Origin: a bacterium
GTDB lineage: Bacteria; Patescibacteriota; Minisyncoccia; Phycocordibacterales; CAIZIN01
Length of the DNA stretch: 64,000 nt
Assembly: GCA_031409775.1 (NCBI GenBank)
Contig: JANNXY010000042.1
Coordinates: forward strand, 165-64,164
Direction of reading: 5' to 3'
Made by a program: the position numbers and the translations under genes. Positions 59,009 through 64,000 of the stretch are shown piece after piece. The notes beneath the pieces are model-generated. The model was not told the DNA's origin, made no database searches, and saw only the letters and a program-made list of their open reading frames with translations. Position 1 is the stretch's first letter, and each line of letters opens with the position of its first letter.

Positions 59009-59668
59009 TCAAATAATTAGTCCGTCATCTAGCTTGACGATCCTTTGTGCCATTTTCCCATAATCCTCTTCGTGGGTCACCATGATGATGGTCTGACCCT
59101 GCGCATGAAGCTCCTGGAATATCTCCATAACTTTCTTCGAGGATTCATTGTCAAGATTCGCTGTCGGCTCGTCCGCGAAAAGGATCTTGGGATTGTGAGC
59201 GATGGCACGGGAAATAGACACTCGCTGCTGCTCACCTCCGGAGAGGTTCGCTGGGAGGTTATTCTGTCTATGTGTCAGCCCCATTCGATCCAGCGCATGG
59301 ATGGCTTCTTTAAATGCTCGTGACTTGCTCTTGCCTTGCATAAGGAGTGGTAGCGCGATGTTCTCTATAGCAGTGAGGTCCGGAAGCAATGCATAGTCCT
59401 GGAATACGTAACCAAGTTTGTTGAGTCTAAACGATGTCTTGTCCGCAGCGGACATTTTCTCGGTATTGATCCCGTCGACAATGATCGTGCCGGATGTAGG
59501 CTCGTCGAGTAGCGACATCTGATACATAAATGTAGACTTACCTGCGCCAGATCGGCCCATGATGGCGATGAACTCCCCATTCTGCGCAGTGAAATCAATA
59601 CCCTTGAGAATCTGGGTTTGTACACTTCCGTTCTTGAATGATTTTGTCAGGTTTTTTACTTCGATCAT
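59009..59668 (-). CDS. ABC transporter ATP-binding protein (LolD/MacB-type)
   Basis: GRSGAGKST, LSGGEQQR, ADEPTANLD, VTH; start MIEVKNL. Confidence 0.93.
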   Translation of the reverse strand: MIEVKNLTKSFKNGSVQTQILKGIDFTAQNGEFIAIMGRSGAGKSTFMYQMSLLDEPTSGTIIVDGINTEKMSAADKTSFRLNKLGYVFQDYALLPDLTAIENIALPLLMQGKSKSRAFKEAIHALDRMGLTHRQNNLPANLSGGEQQRVSISRAIAHNPKILFADEPTANLDNESSKKVMEIFQELHAQGQTIIMVTHEEDYGKMAQRIVKLDDGLII

Positions 59669-59880
59669 ACTTAATGAGATTATAACATCTAAAAGCAGAA
59701 AAGCCCCGCAGGGCTTTTCTAGACTACTCATGATGAACAAACTTGCGTTATATTATTACTTCATGTAAACTATAAATTGTAGTTGAAAGACTATCCTCGC
59801 CTGTAGGATAACAGGATTGTCTTTATTCCCACCCTCGGCTTCGGCCGGGGGTGGTTTGTTTATATTCCTTTTCTGAGGTA

Positions 59881-60259
59881 TTATAATTGATCTTTGAGTG
59901 GATCAGCCACTAAAACGAGATTGCTGCTTTCCTCTAACACTCGACTAAGGAAATCTCGAGCACAAATTGTGACAACCTTTTTCTTCTTTGATTGAAGATA
60001 CCGAAGAACCACATCAAAATCACTGTCCCCTGACCAGAAAAATATTGTATCGTACTTCTCTACCTTCTGAAGCATATCCATCGCTATTTCAATGTCAAAA
60101 TTACATTTGCTGATCTTTCCAACAAAGCGACCCTCAACATCAAAGTTATTAATCTCCTTTACTTCTTTCGTTCGAGCGATGAATCCGCACTTACGTGCTT
60201 TTGGGATCAAAAAGATAGGTGTTCCGATAATGCTCTGATTTTAAATCTCCCAAATTCAT
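59881..60259 (-). pseudogene. NYN/LabA (DUF88) domain gene with internal deletion/frameshift
   Basis: C-terminal K.NFDIEIAMD...SGDSDF intact; the upstream ATG 60259 frame (MNLGDLKSEHYRNTYLFDPKST*) stops early; N-terminal DxxN motif missing. Confidence 0.7.
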
Positions 60260-60283
60260 AATTTATTAATTATCATATTTATA

Positions 60284-61534
60284 TTATCTCCCTAATATCG
60301 AATCCAGTGTGTTCTTGCGCACAATTATCCTCGCAGGCACATACCCAGCTATCATCGTCGCCACCATGAGTAGTCCCACACGTATAGCGGTCTCTATATA
60401 CGGTGCAACGAGAATTCCGTCAGAAAATGGGAAGTCGATAGGGTGTGCATCTACAAACGGTATGAGGAACGCATAAAGCACAATGAGCCCTAGCCCCGAC
60501 CCGACAGCTGCATAGAAGAACGACTGGAACATGTATGATATCTCGATCGTGCGGCCGCTGATACCGATACCTTTGAGAATACCTATGAATTTGCGTCGTG
60601 TGATTGCGTTGATAAATATCACAATAAACACTGTGATCGATGCTACAGCGAGACCGATAGAAGAGATCATGTTACCGAGTAGTGCGAATGTAGTTTTGAT
60701 ATCCTTGAGGAATTTAGGCTCAGCGTCGGCATATGTCTGGACTTTGGCGTATTCACCAACACCGAGGCTGAGAAATTTGTTTTTGAGTGCAAGTACATCT
60801 GTCCCTGGCCTGATACGTGCAGAGATCTCTGCAACACTATAGTCGTCTCTACCGATGAGGCTGCGGAACTGAGTAGCTGGGAAGAAAACTCTCGCACTCA
60901 CTGTGTCGACTTTGGACTTGAGAATGCCTTTGACTGTAACTTCGCGTACAACATCACCGATCTTTATACGGACTTTGCTACCGGCCTTGACCCCCTGTAG
61001 CGCAGTAAACCCCGGTGCCTCTATATCAGAATACTGCTTCAGGAGGAATGATCCAACCATAACCTGGTCAAAGTCATATGGCTTGAGATAGCTACCCTCT
61101 ACTATAAATTTCTTTAGGCTTGTTATGTCGTTCTCTGACTCTGGGTCGATACCCACAAACTGTGCACCGGTAGAGTTGGTATTTTTCGTATTGTCTGTCT
61201 TTTCTTTGTAGCCAGCTTCTATAGTACCGGTATCTAGATATCGTGCGGTGAAATTCTCCACCTCTGGCTGACTGCGCAGTATCTCGAGTATCATAGGTGT
61301 GTTTTCTATATAATCTTTCTTGGCGAGTTTAGAAATTATCAAGTCACTTGTATAGTATTCCTTGTTAGCATTTACGGAACCCTCGATGAGTCCTACTAGT
61401 ACACCAGAGACTACAACGAGATTGAGGAATGTAAGCACCATAACAGATATAATAAGAAGAGTGGTCCACAGACTGGCTCTGCGTATCTGTCGTGTCGCGA
61501 GGAAGAAACCTATCTGAATCTCCTTTAGTAACAT
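60284..61534 (-). CDS. ABC transporter permease (FtsX/MacB-like)
   Basis: TM1, large extracytoplasmic domain, three C-terminal TMs with RRKFIGILKGIG. Confidence 0.88.
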   Translation of the reverse strand: MLLKEIQIGFFLATRQIRRASLWTTLLIISVMVLTFLNLVVVSGVLVGLIEGSVNANKEYYTSDLIISKLAKKDYIENTPMILEILRSQPEVENFTARYLDTGTIEAGYKEKTDNTKNTNSTGAQFVGIDPESENDITSLKKFIVEGSYLKPYDFDQVMVGSFLLKQYSDIEAPGFTALQGVKAGSKVRIKIGDVVREVTVKGILKSKVDTVSARVFFPATQFRSLIGRDDYSVAEISARIRPGTDVLALKNKFLSLGVGEYAKVQTYADAEPKFLKDIKTTFALLGNMISSIGLAVASITVFIVIFINAITRRKFIGILKGIGISGRTIEISYMFQSFFYAAVGSGLGLIVLYAFLIPFVDAHPIDFPFSDGILVAPYIETAIRVGLLMVATMIAGYVPARIIVRKNTLDSILGR

Positions 61535-62976
61535 TAGTTTTCTATTATGGGATCAATAATCAACATTTCACCCTCTGTGAGCCCTCCGATGACTTCGATC
61601 TCGCCACTTGTAGCAACTGAGCCTGTTGTGATCTGCTTTTCTACAATCTCTTCCCCAACCTTTATGTTCACATAGCTGAACCCACCTCTCTCTGTGACCG
61701 CAGATTGTGGGATGAGTATAGAATCATGCTTGACCTCTGTGGTGACGATAACATTGGCGGTGAGACCCGACTTCAATCTGGAGTCCTTCAGAACGAATTC
61801 GAAAGTAACTTTATAAGTTGAAACCCCGTCGCGCAATGTCTCTGCTGGATCTATCGACACAACTCGTACATCGAACAGCACATCACTACCGAACGCATCC
61901 AGCGTTACCTGAGCTAGATTGCCTACACGTATATCGCCAATGTTGATCTCTGGCACAAATGTCTCTATCTGAAATGCATTACTAGAAATAAGCTTGATAA
62001 GTCTGTCGGCCGAAGAAACTATCTCCCCAACCTCTGCATCCTGGACAGTAACTGTCCCAGAGAATGGTGCTGTTATGATCCTCTTTTCTAAATTGGATTT
62101 CAGTCCAGCCACTACCGCTTCGGCTGCAGAGACCTTGGCTTCCTGATAAGGAACTTCTGACTCTACGTCACGGAGCTTGTCTTTGGCCTCTGTTATGCTT
62201 GCGATAGCGATATTGATACTACTACGTGCAGCGGATACATCTGCACGAAATTTGTCTATCTGTATCTGGGTATAGCTGCTTCCTTCTATTTCGAAGTCGT
62301 TAACAGCTATAGAAACTTTATTAAGAAATAACTTGGTTAACAGTAAATTACCCTCAGTTAATACGACATCATTGATACCTAGATTGTCACTCCAATTGCG
62401 TAGCATACGTTCTATATCTGATCTGTCTTTATCTATAGACTGCTTGAGCTCGTAATCGTCGAACGCGAAAACGATCTTGTATTTGTCTGCTTCAAAGAAC
62501 TGATCCACATTGTTGTGTATAGCATCATCTGCACGTACGTATGCATCGCCTATGGCTTGGACGAGCTCGGTCTGCGCGGTGAGGTATTCTGTGCCGGAGA
62601 CACCTTTGGCTCCAGTCTTTAGCTCTGACAGTCTCTGTCTCTCTGCAGATAGATCTGCCTCTGCTTTGGCTATCTCTGCGGTAGCGTCTCCGAGCGATAG
62701 AGACGCGAGAGTCTGACCCGCAGATACGCTACTACCAACTCTCACATTTACAGAGTCAATACGGCCTGATGTATCGAATCCTAGATCGACATCCCTAGAC
62801 GGTACGACCTTGCCCGCTATAGAAACCGTCCTGCTGAACTCACTTTTCTGTATTACCCTAGTAGGTAGACCACTGTCGGTATTATCTTTTCTTAGATAAA
62901 AAGTCCCCACACTGAATACTATGGCAAGTATTATGATCTTCCATATATTATTGGCCACAAAGTTTTTAAATTTCAT
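61534..62976 (-). CDS. efflux periplasmic adaptor subunit (HlyD/MacA-like)
   Basis: lipoyl-like halves SGRIDSVNV.VG..V..GQ.L and ITAPFSGTV, long coiled coil, LKSGLTANV. Confidence 0.88.
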   Translation of the reverse strand: MKFKNFVANNIWKIIILAIVFSVGTFYLRKDNTDSGLPTRVIQKSEFSRTVSIAGKVVPSRDVDLGFDTSGRIDSVNVRVGSSVSAGQTLASLSLGDATAEIAKAEADLSAERQRLSELKTGAKGVSGTEYLTAQTELVQAIGDAYVRADDAIHNNVDQFFEADKYKIVFAFDDYELKQSIDKDRSDIERMLRNWSDNLGINDVVLTEGNLLLTKLFLNKVSIAVNDFEIEGSSYTQIQIDKFRADVSAARSSINIAIASITEAKDKLRDVESEVPYQEAKVSAAEAVVAGLKSNLEKRIITAPFSGTVTVQDAEVGEIVSSADRLIKLISSNAFQIETFVPEINIGDIRVGNLAQVTLDAFGSDVLFDVRVVSIDPAETLRDGVSTYKVTFEFVLKDSRLKSGLTANVIVTTEVKHDSILIPQSAVTERGGFSYVNIKVGEEIVEKQITTGSVATSGEIEVIGGLTEGEMLIIDPIIEN

Positions 62977-63000
62977 ACAACAATATTAACATCAAAACAG

Positions 63001-63534
63001 CTATATACCAAGCCCCGCTTTGCGATTGGAATCACCCAACATCTTGCTCATTTCTGTGATAATTATCTCTTTGACCTTGCCGGGGTAAGCGATCTGGGTG
63101 AGATAGAATTCACGTGTCGTTGCTGCAGTCTGTACGAACAGATCACCGTAGTCGAGCATCGTAGGTACGACACCCTCTATCTCTGTGGTTATATCCTGGA
63201 TCATTTCATATCGCATACTAGATACTTCTCTGTTAAATAATCCCTTCTGCTCGATGTCCATGATCCTTTTGTTGGTAATGACCCCAATGTCGAGGTAATA
63301 GTCAGTCCAAGCGAGAAACAGCAGCATCCATATGATAGATAGATACACAAGGTAAAAGAAAGCGAACAATGAATACGCCTCTATATTGTTGAGCTGTGGA
63401 ACGAGGTGGAAGAACGGTATCAGTATCATCGGTAGGAATCCTGCGATACCTATCACCACCAGCCTCAGCACAAATATGAACCAATGTTTGCGTGCGATAT
63501 ATATTACGTATTCGTGTGGCTCGAGCTCCATCAT
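63001..63534 (-). CDS. membrane protein with bacterial PH (bPH_2) domain
   Basis: RKHW, ITNKRI..IEQKGLF.R, IQD, YGDL.VQTA. Confidence 0.8.
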   Translation of the reverse strand: MMELEPHEYVIYIARKHWFIFVLRLVVIGIAGFLPMILIPFFHLVPQLNNIEAYSLFAFFYLVYLSIIWMLLFLAWTDYYLDIGVITNKRIMDIEQKGLFNREVSSMRYEMIQDITTEIEGVVPTMLDYGDLFVQTAATTREFYLTQIAYPGKVKEIIITEMSKMLGDSNRKAGLGI

Positions 63535-63743
63535 ATATTTATAATATTAGACTGGTTCATGATCATCATGGCAGATAGTAGTAGCGTGATCCCGCCAGCG
63601 ACGAAGAAAGTGAAGAGTATAGATCTCATCGTCCGCGATATCCCGAAATACCCCCAATGATACAGTAGCGACAGAGCAACAACTACGAACACAACTCCGG
63701 CGAACCCCAACGTTCCGAACATGACATAGTTTAAATAAGGCAT
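63531..63743 (-). CDS. small two-TM membrane protein
   Basis: LLYHW..FG motif; TAAAAT 6 nt upstream of the ATG. Confidence 0.65.
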   Translation of the reverse strand: MPYLNYVMFGTLGFAGVVFVVVALSLLYHWGYFGISRTMRSILFTFFVAGGITLLLSAMMIMNQSNIINI

Positions 63744-63798
63744 GGGATTATTTTAGCATAAAGTAATTTATATATAAAAATAGCGAGGGTTAGCTCGC

Positions 63799-64000
63799 TT
63801 AATGAATATGAGTAAGCTTCCCATAATCCAACCTCTCCCCATTAACTCCCTCAATCACATCATGGTGTGTAACAGCGATGAATCTGTCCAATAATTGAAT
63901 CGATTCTGGTAAGCAATTATACAGATCGAGATTGACAGTAATATTTGGTGGCAAAGGGATTTGGAAATCACAGTATGCGTTAAAAGAGACAGCACTTTTC
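63799..64000 (-). CDS. partial ORF (C-terminal 66 aa), hypothetical
   Basis: open frame from the window edge to TAA at 63799 (...FIAVTHHDVIEG...); terminator AGCGAG..CTCGCT plus T-run follows. Confidence 0.5.
   Translation of the reverse strand, partial: KSAVSFNAYCDFQIPLPPNITVNLDLYNCLPESIQLLDRFIAVTHHDVIEGVNGERLDYGKLTHIH

Noticed and set aside
422-62716. Numerous 60-160 aa ORFs antisense to or nested in core genes
   Set aside because: Shadow frames of well-supported genes with no motifs of their own
1-64000. Alternative genetic code (UGA=Gly, as in Gracilibacteria/Absconditabacteria)
   Set aside because: Conserved genes are full length in code 11 and TGA ends genes such as leuS

Overview
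This is a gene-dense chromosomal segment in the standard genetic code, with almost all genes on the minus strand. Gene content points to a Patescibacteria (CPR, Parcubacteria-like) bacterium (inference): class I LysRS, short ProRS, LeuRS with an inserted Nudix domain, PriA lacking a recognisable Walker A, and a reduced dcw cluster. Core genes cover cell wall and division (mraZ-rsmH-ftsL-ftsI-murF, mreB-mreC-mreD-like-mrdA, a second mreB, mltG, an L,D-transpeptidase/D,D-carboxypeptidase fusion), translation (leuS, lysS, proS, frr, def, mnmA, tgt, ychF, a pseudouridine synthase), transcription (greA) and repair/replication (uvrABC, UDG, MGMT, priA, holB-like). There is also a FIST-kinase-double-receiver module and a MacB-like ABC exporter. 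Accessory material includes short orphan cassettes with their own promoters and terminators, a Fic gene, an XRE-Panacea/RelE-like TA pair, a truncated IS30 hit by an IS200-type element, and an NYN pseudogene. The most notable non-coding signals are: (1) a SAM-I riboswitch with terminator in front of an unannotated 45-aa ORF; (2) a DUF559 nuclease gene bracketed by 50-bp inverted double-hairpin repeats, with related solo copies elsewhere; (3) a ~330-nt highly structured element built from tRNA-3'-end mimics; (4) pervasive -10 boxes 6-7 nt upstream of start codons, suggesting leaderless mRNAs. No rRNA, intact tRNA or CRISPR array was seen. All family calls come from motif recognition by eye; no searches were run.
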